DNA of 64,000 nt from an uncultured delta proteobacterium (GTDB taxonomy: Bacteria > Desulfobacterota > Binatia > UBA9968): contig CAWFJP010000001.1 in NCBI GenBank assembly GCA_963816145.1, positions 128,001 through 192,000 of the forward strand, written 5' to 3'. Below, one piece after another: positions 51,524-61,523 of this stretch. The notes beneath the pieces are model-generated. The model saw only the letters and a program-made list of their open reading frames with translations, made no database searches and was not told the DNA's origin. A program made the translations under genes and the position numbers. The stretch's first letter is position 1. Each line of letters begins with the position of its first letter.

Positions 51524-53284
51524 ATGCGGTTTTTGATTACCATCGCCCGGATGTATCCCGGACGGAGCGCGCTCACGCTGGTCGCGCTGTTATTTGCCAG
51601 CGTCGCGGAGGGGCTCAGTCTGCTCTTGCTGCTTCCATCGCTCAACCTGCTGACCAACGACGCCGCTCAAGGTCCCGGCAATGGGTTATCGGGGCTCGGA
51701 CACATGCTGACCGAAGCGCTCTCGGCAATTGGCGTAACGCCGACAGTCGGCGCTTTGCTGGGCATCATGGTCATCTGTCTTGCGCTCAAGGCGGTATTTT
51801 TGCTCCTGGCGAACGCCCAGGTCGGCTACACCGTTGCCCATGTCACGACCGACTTGCAACTCTCCCTGCTTCGCGCCTTGTTGGCTGCCCGGTGGGAGTT
51901 TTACGTGCGCCAACCTGTGGGCGGCCTGACCAATGCCATCGGCACCGAAGCGCTCCGGGCGTCACAGGCGTATCTTCAAGGCGCCAGGACTCTGGTGGCT
52001 CTCGTTCAAGCCATTGTCTTCGCGGGCGCGGCCTTTTTTCTTACGTGGAAGGGCGCCCTGCTATCCCTCGCGGCAGGAGGGATGGTCCTTTATGGGCTGC
52101 GCCGGCTCGTCCGCATGGCGCATCATGCCGGCATGCGCCAGACTCAACTGCTCAAGTCTCTCTTGACCCGATTGACCGACAGCCTTCAATCGGTCAAACC
52201 TCTGAAAGCAATGGCCCGTGAAGAACTGGTCGGCTCTCTTCTCAGATCAGAAAACAAGCGCTTGAATCGCGCGTTGCGTCAGGATGTGATCAGCACGGAG
52301 ACTCTGACCGCGGCTCAGGATTTCACGATTGGGCTGATCATCACCTCCGGTTTGTACGTGGCCCTGATTCAGTGGAAGCTGCCGTTCAACGCCGTGCTCG
52401 TCATGATTCTGGTCCTTACGCGCTCGATTGTATATATGGGAAAGACCCAGCGGCAATATCAAAAAATGAAGTCCTATGAGAGCGCCTTCTGGTCGTTGCA
52501 GGCCGTCATTGAAGACACCAGCCGCGCCCGCGAAACGAATCCAGAGGGCGCTTCTCCCCGCCTTGAGCACTCGGTTCGCCTGAACAATGTCAGTTTCGGC
52601 TATGGAAAAGTATCTGTGCTTGGGAATGCGTCGCTCACCGTCCCGGCGGGTTCATTCACTGCCATCATGGGGCCGTCGGGAGCGGGGAAAACCACGATCG
52701 CCGATCTGATCATCGGCCTGCTCCGTCCACAGCAAGGCGAAATACTGATTGATAATGTGTCATTGGAGCAGATTGACCTCAGGCAGTGGCGCAGGATGAT
52801 CGGCTACGTGCCGCAGGAATCTTTCCTGCTGCACGAGACGGTCCTGTGGAACGTGACGCTTGGCGATCCGGAGGTGAACGAGGCCGACGCCGAGGCTGCG
52901 CTGCGCGCCGCCGGGGCATGGGAATTCGTCGCGGAACTGCCGCAGCAAATACACAGCTCGGTGGCGGAGCGCGGTATGGCGCTCTCAGGCGGCCAGCGAC
53001 AGCGTATCGCGATCGCGAGGGCGTTGGCTCGCCGCCCCAAGCTGCTGATCCTCGATGAGGTCACAAGCTCGCTCGACCCGCAGACCGAGGCGGCAATTTG
53101 CCAAACGTTGCAAAGCCTTCGAGGTCAGCTGACCATCTTGGCGATCTCGCACCAGCCCGCCGTCGTCGAAGCCGCCGATAGAATTTACCAGATACAGAGC
53201 GGCGAGGTTATTTTAGTCCGCGATGGCCGTGAGTTGGATCTCGTCTCCGGCCAGTTACAAAAGTTACGCAGCGCCCAAACATAG
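51524..53284 (+). CDS. ABC exporter, fused permease/ATPase (MsbA-like)
   Basis: N-terminal TM domain; GPSGAGKTT, LSGGQRQR, LILDE. Confidence 0.92.
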   Translation: MRFLITIARMYPGRSALTLVALLFASVAEGLSLLLLLPSLNLLTNDAAQGPGNGLSGLGHMLTEALSAIGVTPTVGALLGIMVICLALKAVFLLLANAQVGYTVAHVTTDLQLSLLRALLAARWEFYVRQPVGGLTNAIGTEALRASQAYLQGARTLVALVQAIVFAGAAFFLTWKGALLSLAAGGMVLYGLRRLVRMAHHAGMRQTQLLKSLLTRLTDSLQSVKPLKAMAREELVGSLLRSENKRLNRALRQDVISTETLTAAQDFTIGLIITSGLYVALIQWKLPFNAVLVMILVLTRSIVYMGKTQRQYQKMKSYESAFWSLQAVIEDTSRARETNPEGASPRLEHSVRLNNVSFGYGKVSVLGNASLTVPAGSFTAIMGPSGAGKTTIADLIIGLLRPQQGEILIDNVSLEQIDLRQWRRMIGYVPQESFLLHETVLWNVTLGDPEVNEADAEAALRAAGAWEFVAELPQQIHSSVAERGMALSGGQRQRIAIARALARRPKLLILDEVTSSLDPQTEAAICQTLQSLRGQLTILAISHQPAVVEAADRIYQIQSGEVILVRDGRELDLVSGQLQKLRSAQT

Positions 53285-53368
53285 GGGAACGGCCGATCGA
53301 GCCGCGCCGTTGTTTTAACACGGGCCTGGATCGCCGTTCAAAATTGGGGATGCTATTTTTCTACTTGG

Positions 53369-54601
53369 TTGGATAGAAGAGTTTTCCCCATACCGTTGAA
53401 GAAGACCGGGAAGGAAGTGAACATTGCCGTGAGCGCTGGCGACGCGCTCGGTCCACCGACCGACACCCCTCAGCGGCCGCGGGTTTGGGTGCTCCTCAGC
53501 GACCGCGCCGGCGACAACGCGCAATTATTGCGGCTCGCCGAAGCGCTAGGCTGGCGCTTCGAAACAAAGCGCATTCGTTACAACCGGCTCAATCGGTGCC
53601 CGAACCTGCTGCTAGGTGCCTCGAAGCTCGCCGTGGATACTCGGCGCTCCGATCCATTAGCGCCACCGTGGCCAGATCTGGTGATCGGCGCCTCACGCCG
53701 TGCCGCGCCTCTGGCGCGCTGGATCAAGAAGCAATCGGGCGGGCGCAGCCGCTTGGTGCACCTGCTGCACGCTCAGGCGCCCTTGCATTATTTCGATTTG
53801 GTGGTAACCACGCCGCAGTACCGCCTGCCTGAGCGGTCCAACGTGTTGCACAACCTGTTGCCCTTGAACGCTGCGCAGCCGGAAGTTCTGGAATCGTCGG
53901 TGGCGCAATGGCGCGGGCGGCTGGAGCATCTGTCGCGACCCTGGATCGCGGTGCTGGTGGGAGGCAATAGCTCCAGCTACCGACTGGACGCGTTCACGGC
54001 GAGCCAACTCGGGCAGTTCGCCAGCCGCACGGCGCGTGAAACCGGCGGGAGCCTTCTTATCAGCAGCAGCTCGCGCACACCGCCGGATGCCGCTGATGCG
54101 CTGTTGGCCGCGGTACAAGTCCCTGCTTACGTCTACCGGTGGCAGTCGACGAACAAGGACGAAAATCCATATCTAGCTTATCTCGCGCTCGCCGACCGCT
54201 TCATCGTCACCGCCGATAGCGCGTCGATGCTCGCGGAAGCCTGCTCCACCGGTCGTCGGGTCGATTTGTTCGATTGGACGCCCCGCAGACAACCGAAGCG
54301 GCTGCTCCGCGCGTTTCCTGGATCACAACGGATTGAAGAGACCTTGATCCACTGGGGCGTCATCAGACCGAAACGCGATTTTCAGGCGCTTCATCGCGGA
54401 TTGATTGAACGTGGGCTCTTGTGCTCTCCCGGTCAGGAGCAATCGCTGCAACCCGCAAAGTCGGACGATCTTGCGCGCGCTGTGAGCAGAATACGCCGGC
54501 TCATGGGCGAAGGGGAGAGCGAGCGGGCTCCTACAGAGCCCCAATACCAAGTAGGAGATTACAGCCCCAAAGCCCACCACCGCCTGAATAGGCCGTCATA
54601 G
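53369..54601 (+). CDS. ELM1/GtrOC1 family putative glycosyltransferase
   Basis: VWVLLSDRAGDNAQ..LAEALG, PPWPDLVIGA, VLVGG, SSRTP, NPYLAYLALAD..VTADSASMLAEA; start uncertain. Confidence 0.85.
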   Translation: MDRRVFPIPLKKTGKEVNIAVSAGDALGPPTDTPQRPRVWVLLSDRAGDNAQLLRLAEALGWRFETKRIRYNRLNRCPNLLLGASKLAVDTRRSDPLAPPWPDLVIGASRRAAPLARWIKKQSGGRSRLVHLLHAQAPLHYFDLVVTTPQYRLPERSNVLHNLLPLNAAQPEVLESSVAQWRGRLEHLSRPWIAVLVGGNSSSYRLDAFTASQLGQFASRTARETGGSLLISSSSRTPPDAADALLAAVQVPAYVYRWQSTNKDENPYLAYLALADRFIVTADSASMLAEACSTGRRVDLFDWTPRRQPKRLLRAFPGSQRIEETLIHWGVIRPKRDFQALHRGLIERGLLCSPGQEQSLQPAKSDDLARAVSRIRRLMGEGESERAPTEPQYQVGDYSPKAHHRLNRPS

Positions 54602-54744
54602 GCGGTCATAAAATCGCTGTAACGGATCCACCCGCTGCGCGATGCGCAGGAAATGAAAAAACACCGGCGGACTAGCCGTCCTTCTCGATCACGATAGTTA
54701 CCGTTTTGCGGAGTGCCGACGAGCCGAGCCGCGACCGAACCGAA

Positions 54745-55050
54745 ATAGCGGTCGAGATCGATGTGCTGCATCTTGAGACATGCGGCCGTCTGCGTGATGA
54801 ACTCGTGGCTCTTGATCCACGAGTGGAACCGATTCCATGCGGAGTTCTGCGCGAGAAGGCGGCCGTAGTTCTTCGAAGCGAACTTCTCGGACAAGCTCAG
54901 CCTGTAGTCAAATTTCGGCAGCACGGTGAAGAGATCGGGTGTCGGAAACGTTCGGGTCAGCTCGTCGCAGAGCGCCGGGGCCGTCTCGGGGCCCAGCGCG
55001 ATCAGCGAATACGGTTCGTAACGGACGTGGGACGGGACGAAGCTCAGCAT
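54745..55050 (-). pseudogene. N-terminal fragment of a truncated gene, possibly 2OG-Fe(II) oxygenase-like
   Basis: About 100 protein-like codons (RYEPY..ELTRTFP..LSLSEK..WNRFHSWIKSHEF), after which the frame runs into non-protein-like sequence overlapping the ELM1 3' end. Confidence 0.4.
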
Positions 55051-55241
55051 CGGAGTCTAGCCCGCACTCTTATCGGACATTGCCCGCTGCGAAGTTGGGA
55101 TGGGAGCCAGTCCTTACTCTCTGCCGCTTGTCAGGTTCTCCAGGTCGGGCGGCAGGCGGGCGGCAGGATAAATAAGAGTTCCGGCGGGTCACCACTTAGA
55201 AAAAAAATTCCTATCATCTCATTTGATTCTTGTCATCCATT

Positions 55242-56510
55242 TTATTCCGCGGCTGACTGCGGCGGCGGATGAGTCTTTCGAATCTCCTCGGCCACCTCGG
55301 CCGCAACCACCGCGTGACCAGCCGGTGTCAGATGCACGTTGGTCCGAAAGTAGAGCGGCCGGGTTGACGGTAGCTTCGCGGCAGCGCGTTGCAGCGCCGA
55401 CGTGAGATCGCGATACACGAAGCCTGCCTCCCCCGCCTTGCGCGCGAAATAGCCGCGCTGACGATCGCTGAACTCGGTCACCGTCCGCTCGACACCGGCG
55501 TCGTGGAAATGCGCCTGGTGCCGGTATGCCGTATAAGCCGACGGGATGTAGACGACGATCGGCGTGAAGCCGTGCTCGCGACCCAGAGCGACGAGACCTC
55601 GCAGCGGCGGTTCGAAGAGGTCTAGAGTGACCTCGTCGCGCGCCAGCGCACGGGCATAGGTGACTTCATCGAGATCGCCGTTGCGTGAGTTAAACGTTAC
55701 CGTGTTGCCGTCCGGAAAGCGGATGTCGTAGCGGAAGTCGATCTCCTTCTTGCCGCGGTTGTACGCGAACCGCCAGATGCCGGAGAGCGCCAGGTTGAAG
55801 CCATAGCTGTGGCGTCCGAGGAACCCATGTTTCAGCCGTTCGTGCCAGGCGCAGAGCCTGTCCGACGCGATGGGGCAGGTGTGCTGGGCCTTCGACGCAC
55901 GGGCTTCCTGGAAGTGCACCGCATCGCGCAGGTCGTTGCCTTCGTAGACGGCGACGACAACGAAGCGCGGACGTTTGGCGAGCGCAAAGGCTTTCAAGGT
56001 CTGCACGTACTCGTACAACCCTCGACTCGGCATGCCGAAATTATAGACCCGCAGCCCCGTGCGCTCGGCCAGCACCGCCGGCCATGCGTCGGCGGGGGCG
56101 ACGCCGAAGCAGAATGTGAAAGAGTCGCCGATCGCGGCGACGTCGAGGCGCTCGAGCTTTTCGTAAGCGGCGGCATTGGCGTTGCAAAAGCCGGCGTTGT
56201 CCATGCGTCTGGTGTCGACGATGCCGGCCTCGTCGAACGACTCGGTGACCTCGACACCCGGCTTGTAGATCCACATGCGGTCCGCCGGACCACCGTCGTC
56301 ACGCGGCACGAGGACCGTGTCTTCAAAGCGTTGGAGCTTGCGCTGCTTGGCGATTGCCGAACGCAGCGTGGGCTCGAACTCGATGAGCAGATTCAGCGGG
56401 ATAGCGCTCGGGACGAGCCGCAACGCCAGCTCGAGAGGAGCAACGAACGCGAAGGTGACGACCGCCGCCAGGATGATGAAGCGCATCAGGCGCATTTCCC
56501 GTCCGTCCAA
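55242..56510 (-). CDS. SGNH/AlgX-AlgJ-like protein (putative O-acyltransferase or esterase) with N-terminal TM
   Basis: AIGDSFTF, YNFG, YEGND, NVHLTPAGH. Confidence 0.8.
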   Translation of the reverse strand: MDGREMRLMRFIILAAVVTFAFVAPLELALRLVPSAIPLNLLIEFEPTLRSAIAKQRKLQRFEDTVLVPRDDGGPADRMWIYKPGVEVTESFDEAGIVDTRRMDNAGFCNANAAAYEKLERLDVAAIGDSFTFCFGVAPADAWPAVLAERTGLRVYNFGMPSRGLYEYVQTLKAFALAKRPRFVVVAVYEGNDLRDAVHFQEARASKAQHTCPIASDRLCAWHERLKHGFLGRHSYGFNLALSGIWRFAYNRGKKEIDFRYDIRFPDGNTVTFNSRNGDLDEVTYARALARDEVTLDLFEPPLRGLVALGREHGFTPIVVYIPSAYTAYRHQAHFHDAGVERTVTEFSDRQRGYFARKAGEAGFVYRDLTSALQRAAAKLPSTRPLYFRTNVHLTPAGHAVVAAEVAEEIRKTHPPPQSAAE

Positions 56511-56609
56511 TCCGAAACGCCCCCTGCCCCCTCCATGGCGACCGGATTAACGCATCGCATGACCGCTTTTGCATTCGTTTTGTCTCTGGGAATATCGGCG
56601 TCCTTGGGG

Positions 56610-57731
56610 CTATATTTTGGCAATTGCACTGCGCCATAATCGCATCGGATCATCACCGCGCCTTGCCGCGAGGCGGGCGCCGCGCAAGAGATCGCGGAGC
56701 GCAGTAAAATATCCCGGACAGCAGGTCCTGCGGTAGGGCGAGTCTTCGGGAAGCGCGTTCATGAGACGCCGATGGGCCTTTCCCAGGGCGTGATAGGGTA
56801 GTGAAGGGAAGAGATGATGCAGGCCATGATAGCGCAACCCCACCGGGAATAGCAGCAACGTGACCAACGAGCTGCGAACGATGTTAATGGACTCCTCAAC
56901 TTGCTCTGCGAAAGTCATTTCGCCTCCCATATTCGCGTACCGGTGCGCCGCCAGGTTCCGAACCCAGTTCAGCGCGATCGAATAGGTCGACAAGCAATAG
57001 AAAAGTCCGACCATCGTCCAAGTAAGGAATCCCTTTAGAACCAAAATAAGAATCACGGCCAACCACAAGAAGCAGACCACGTCCAGTGCAATCCAGAGAC
57101 GCTGAGGTTCGGTAGGCGGGATGGTGCGGCGGTAGTATGGGTTGATCGCATAGGAAGATGCGCGCTCGAGCAGCCATCGCCGGAGGCAGGGATGGAGAAA
57201 AGACAGCGGTACCGCGACGAGGAAGCGGACGATTGCCAGGAGAGGCAAAATGGGGACCTGCGCAAAATACAACACAATTTCTCGGGTCGGCGCCGATGCC
57301 AGGGGCAGATATTCGCCATCTGCCGGAGTTCCATGCTTGCGCGGGTTGTGGTGATCGAGATGATTGCTGTAAAGGAGTGAGTGCATCAGCAAAGGCACTC
57401 CGCAAACAACATTCCAGGCAACGCGAAAGCCTACCATCGTCCGCCCCGACATGTGAACAATCTCGTGGATGAAGGTCCCCACCCGGAATAGGGCGGCTCC
57501 GGACAGTAAAAATGCGGCGACCTGAATCAGCGAGAAGGGCGGCGCCATGATATATATAGCAGCAGAACCGTAGGCGACGGATACCGTGATCAAAAAGTCA
57601 GCCCAATAAAGCAAGGGCTTGGGCACGAAAAGATCCTGAATAAGCTCCTTCGTCTGCCGGAGTGAAAAGGTCTGGGACGCCGGCCCAGTGGCAGGCGATC
57701 GGCCGCATTGGAGATTGGTTGATGAATTCAC
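56610..57731 (-). CDS. Membrane fatty acid desaturase/hydroxylase
   Basis: Three His boxes HEIVH, HLDHH, HGLHH; TM segments. Confidence 0.9.
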   Translation of the reverse strand: MNSSTNLQCGRSPATGPASQTFSLRQTKELIQDLFVPKPLLYWADFLITVSVAYGSAAIYIMAPPFSLIQVAAFLLSGAALFRVGTFIHEIVHMSGRTMVGFRVAWNVVCGVPLLMHSLLYSNHLDHHNPRKHGTPADGEYLPLASAPTREIVLYFAQVPILPLLAIVRFLVAVPLSFLHPCLRRWLLERASSYAINPYYRRTIPPTEPQRLWIALDVVCFLWLAVILILVLKGFLTWTMVGLFYCLSTYSIALNWVRNLAAHRYANMGGEMTFAEQVEESINIVRSSLVTLLLFPVGLRYHGLHHLFPSLPYHALGKAHRRLMNALPEDSPYRRTCCPGYFTALRDLLRGARLAARRGDDPMRLWRSAIAKI

Positions 57732-57924
57732 CTGGCGCTATTTCCTAAATCCATTGTATTCAGAATGTTCAAACGCTTGCCCTTCAGATAAGCATATCAT
57801 GCTGCAAGTCTTAAAAATTAAAAGCAGAAGTATCGGCACAGGTGCTTATGTCGTACTATATTCACGCGTCCATAGTCAAAGTCCGGGGGATCGACGGATA
57901 ATCCGCGACGACGCTGCGGCTTCA

Positions 57925-58989
57925 TCACAGCCGCCGATACAGCCAAACCGCGATACCAAGCATCACTGCCACTGGGCTCAGAGTTACCAGCGGCGCCGGC
58001 AGATGAAGCAAAGATCCAAGCTGGATCGTCAGCTGACTGCCGGCATGAAAAGTGGCGCCGATTAAGCCTCCGTGCAGCATGCGCTTACCGGCGCTTACCT
58101 GGCGAATCGGGCCGAGCACGTACGGAATGGCGAGAATCACCATCGCCAGCGTCGACAGCGGCATGCTGATAGATTGCCAGAGTGTAAGTTCAGGACGTTC
58201 GGCGGCAAGACCGGCCCGCTTGAGGTATTGTACGTATTCGTACAACTCCGAAGGCGAAAGCTTCTCCACCGGCAACATGATTTTAGTGATTTGGTCCGGC
58301 GTAAACGGGGAGTCCCACGGTAACCGGGCAAATCGCTCAGTAAAAATCTTGTTTTCCGTAATGATTTGCTGACGCACGTCGTGAAGCACCCACCGGTTTG
58401 AGTCCTGAATAACGGCCTCCCTCGCCCATGCCACGAGACGAAGCGCTCCATTGTTGTCGAAATGATAAATTTCGATTTCAGAGGGGATTCGACCATGAAG
58501 CAAGCGGCGTACATGCACCACACGTTGGCCATTGCGCGACCAGAACCCCCCCCGGGTATTCGTGGATTCCATGCTGGAAATCGCCTGAGTGCGGCGCTCA
58601 AAAGCCAATTGGTCCAACTTCGGCGCCACGAACTCCTGCAAGCCCACAACCGCAAGCATCACTAGAAGCCCGGTTTTCAGCACCGACCAAGCAATGCGCG
58701 CCTGGGAGACGCCGAGGGCTTGCATGGCGGTAAGCTCTTCGCCGGCCGCTAATTCTCCCAACCCGACGATCGCTCCCAAGAGCGCCATGGCTGGTGACAG
58801 CTCCACAATCCACCGCGGCAACGTCAACAGGACATACAACGCCGCATCGGAAGTCTTGTACGTCCCCTTGCCTACGCTATCCAGTTCGTGTACGAGTGCG
58901 ATCAGGCTGAACGCGGAGACCAGGATCACCACGATTAGTGCGTAGCCTCTAAAAACCCTTCTCGCGATGTATCGATCAAGTAAACGCAT
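57925..58989 (-). CDS. lptG: LptG-family lipid export permease
   Basis: MRLLDRYI, LGELAAGEELTAMQALGVS, QEFVAP, LSPSEL..Y; six-TM layout. Confidence 0.9.
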   Translation of the reverse strand: MRLLDRYIARRVFRGYALIVVILVSAFSLIALVHELDSVGKGTYKTSDAALYVLLTLPRWIVELSPAMALLGAIVGLGELAAGEELTAMQALGVSQARIAWSVLKTGLLVMLAVVGLQEFVAPKLDQLAFERRTQAISSMESTNTRGGFWSRNGQRVVHVRRLLHGRIPSEIEIYHFDNNGALRLVAWAREAVIQDSNRWVLHDVRQQIITENKIFTERFARLPWDSPFTPDQITKIMLPVEKLSPSELYEYVQYLKRAGLAAERPELTLWQSISMPLSTLAMVILAIPYVLGPIRQVSAGKRMLHGGLIGATFHAGSQLTIQLGSLLHLPAPLVTLSPVAVMLGIAVWLYRRL

Positions 58990-59001
58990 ACTTGCTTGTA
59001 G

Positions 59002-60198
59002 CTAGCCCCGAGATACGGGCGTTGCGGTCCTTTGCTGCGCTGGCCCCGGCCGGTTCCAAAGCAGTCCGACAACCAGGAGCGCCAGCAGGAGATCCGGCCA
59101 CCAGAGACCCGGGATCGGCTTTACGACGCCTTGTTCCACCCAGGTTTTGGCGATTAGCTGCAGGTTGTAAAACACCGCATAACTCACAGCCGATATGAAT
59201 AACTTGGCGTACTTGCCTTCGCGCGGCCTTGCGCGGCTAAGCGGGAAACCGAGCAATCCCATAAGAAACGCGAAGACCGGCGTAGATAGGCGCCATTGCA
59301 ACTCTGCGATATCGGGGGACGCGAGCGAATGCGCCAACTGCCAGGTAGGCGCCGCTTTGCGTTTATAGCCGATCGGCACATCATCGGGATTGTCCAGCTT
59401 GACGACAAGCTCTGGGCTGACCGTCCACGACATACCATCCTGACTCGATGAAAGGTCGTAGGAGCGCGCCCGAATACACACTAAAAATCCCCCGGCACGC
59501 CCGTCGTCCCGTGGCTGATGAAAGGCTTCGTCCGCCGACACGATGGTTACGGTGTCGCCCGAAATTGTTTGCATAAACACCCGCTGCATACGGCTGGAGT
59601 CTGGATCAATAGCTTGAAAAAACAGCACACGATTTCCGGACGGGTTTTCATAGAAATGCCCCGGTTTCAAATCGGCGAAATTGAACTCGGCGACGGCTTG
59701 CCGCTCAAGCAAATAGCGCAGTCCGTTTGCCCAAGGACGCATGTACAATGTAAGGCAAGCCATCAGAAGCGCGACTAGCAGCGATACCACAGCGACGACG
59801 CGAAAAATCCGCATGGGACTTATGCCGCAGGCAAAAAATGCCGTCATTTCGGAATCCGTATAGAGCCGGCTCAGACCGACGACAACCGAAATGTGAAAGC
59901 CGATCGGCAGGAGGATCTCCAAGGCCATGGCCAACCCGAGCAGGAGTAGCGGGAGGACAGCATCGGCCGGCAGCAAACCGCTGGCAACCAGGTTCAAGTA
60001 CCGGATGGCCGTAAAGTTGGCGAAGAGAAATAAGAGCGCTGGGCAGAAAATCAGCAGGGGCTTGGAAATTTCTCCAGCGATGTATCGATCGACGGTCGAT
60101 GTGAAAGTACTGGGGAACGTCGGGCTGGGTTTTGTCCGTGCGAACTTTCCATCGTCGCGTGACGAATGTCTCTTGGTGCGGGCCAGTAATTCAATCAC
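59002..60198 (-). CDS. lptF: LptF-family lipid export permease
   Basis: VDRYIAGE, RLYTDSEMTAFFACGIS, LKPGHF, AELQWRLS.P, PREGKY. Confidence 0.9.
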   Translation of the reverse strand: MIELLARTKRHSSRDDGKFARTKPSPTFPSTFTSTVDRYIAGEISKPLLIFCPALLFLFANFTAIRYLNLVASGLLPADAVLPLLLLGLAMALEILLPIGFHISVVVGLSRLYTDSEMTAFFACGISPMRIFRVVAVVSLLVALLMACLTLYMRPWANGLRYLLERQAVAEFNFADLKPGHFYENPSGNRVLFFQAIDPDSSRMQRVFMQTISGDTVTIVSADEAFHQPRDDGRAGGFLVCIRARSYDLSSSQDGMSWTVSPELVVKLDNPDDVPIGYKRKAAPTWQLAHSLASPDIAELQWRLSTPVFAFLMGLLGFPLSRARPREGKYAKLFISAVSYAVFYNLQLIAKTWVEQGVVKPIPGLWWPDLLLALLVVGLLWNRPGPAQQRTATPVSRG

Positions 60199-60540
60199 GG
60201 TGATCGGTGCACGGAAATACTTATTCTATCTTGCTTGCTTTCGATGCGACTGCGCACGAGTATAGCGGAATATAGCGCTAGCGTCCGGCTTTGCCAATCA
60301 TGGCTCAAAACCGATGCCGGTTTTACTGCAAAACGTCCACTGAGAAGAGAAGGACTATCGCTAGCAGCTGTCTTCTATCCTCAACAGTTGTTTTTTAATT
60401 GTTTTTTCTTGATTCCGGCGCGGTTTTCTCTTATTAGCTAGACAATTTGCTTCAACCTGGCGCACCACCTACAACACAGAGGCAGGGGCAAGTGCTCATG
60501 CCAAAAGGAATAACACGATGGCTATCAGTGTAAGCTCGTT

Positions 60541-61329
60541 ATGAAAGCGATTGTCCTAAACGCAGGCTATGGGAGTCGTTTGCGACCCAACACCGAGGAG
60601 CTTCCCAAATGCCTTCTGCCGGTCGACGCAGACCGTCCGGTGCTTGAGCTGCAACTGCGTACCCTCGCGCGATGTGGGATTCGACACGTCACTATCATGA
60701 TTGGCTATGGGGCCGAAAAGATTGAACACTTTCTTACCACGCACCCCATCGCGTCTCTGACAGTTCAAACTAGTTATAATCCTTTCTTTGCTACGACGAA
60801 TACGGCCGTGACCTGCTGGCTGGCAATTCGCGACATGACCGAAGATTTTGTTTTGGTCAATGGTGACACCCTCTTTGACGCAGAAATTTTACGTCGGGTG
60901 TTGGCCGCGCCGGAGGCCCCACTCGTCATGGCGATCGATCAAAAAGCCAGTTACGACGCTGACGATATGAAAGTTATGCTCACCAACCATGGACGGCTGA
61001 AAGCGGTCGGGAAATCCCTTCCAGAGTCGAAAATCGATGGCGAATCGATCGGCCTAATGGCATTTCGCGCTGACGGCGGCGCGGCTTTTCGTTCCGCGCT
61101 CGAAACAGCGGTCCGGGAACCTGAGACTTTGCGGCTGTGGTATCACGATGTCATTAGCCGGATGGCCTCTACACTGCAAGTGAACACCGTCCTCATCAAA
61201 GGCCTGTGGTGGAGAGAAATTGATACTCCTCAGGACCTTGCGGAAGTTCGTGCTTCGTTTGCGCGCCGAGAGTCGACGAGTGGGTTCCGTGACTTGCCTA
61301 GGATCAATACTGTTCCGCTCAAAGTTTGA
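60541..61329 (+). CDS. LicC-like (phosphocholine cytidylyltransferase family) NTP transferase
   Basis: MKAIVLNAGYGSRL..PKCLL, YNPFFATTN, NGDTLF, YDADDMKV, GESIG, WREIDTPQDL. Confidence 0.88.
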   Translation: MKAIVLNAGYGSRLRPNTEELPKCLLPVDADRPVLELQLRTLARCGIRHVTIMIGYGAEKIEHFLTTHPIASLTVQTSYNPFFATTNTAVTCWLAIRDMTEDFVLVNGDTLFDAEILRRVLAAPEAPLVMAIDQKASYDADDMKVMLTNHGRLKAVGKSLPESKIDGESIGLMAFRADGGAAFRSALETAVREPETLRLWYHDVISRMASTLQVNTVLIKGLWWREIDTPQDLAEVRASFARRESTSGFRDLPRINTVPLKV

Positions 61330-61523
61330 ACGTGCCCCACGCTCGCGCGAATCAATTTCAAATTCGAGCATTGCCTTGCCGCTTGCAACCATGAGCTTTG
61401 AATCATGCTCTCACGTTGCTTGAGCGCGTCTTGTGCTGTTGCCATCATTCTGACTCGCGCTGGATTGTGTCGACTTGAACCGCGCGCCCCAAATGCTGAG
61501 CGCCGCTGCGCGCCGGAGGTCAC

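Noticed and set aside
55080-55240. AT-rich stretch resembling an IS end between the SGNH gene and the truncated gene
   Set aside because: No partner inverted repeat or second copy found in the window.
60486-60503. Sigma-54-like motif TTGGCATGAGCACTTGC on the minus strand upstream of lptF
   Set aside because: GG-to-GC spacing is 11 nt, not the strictly required 10.
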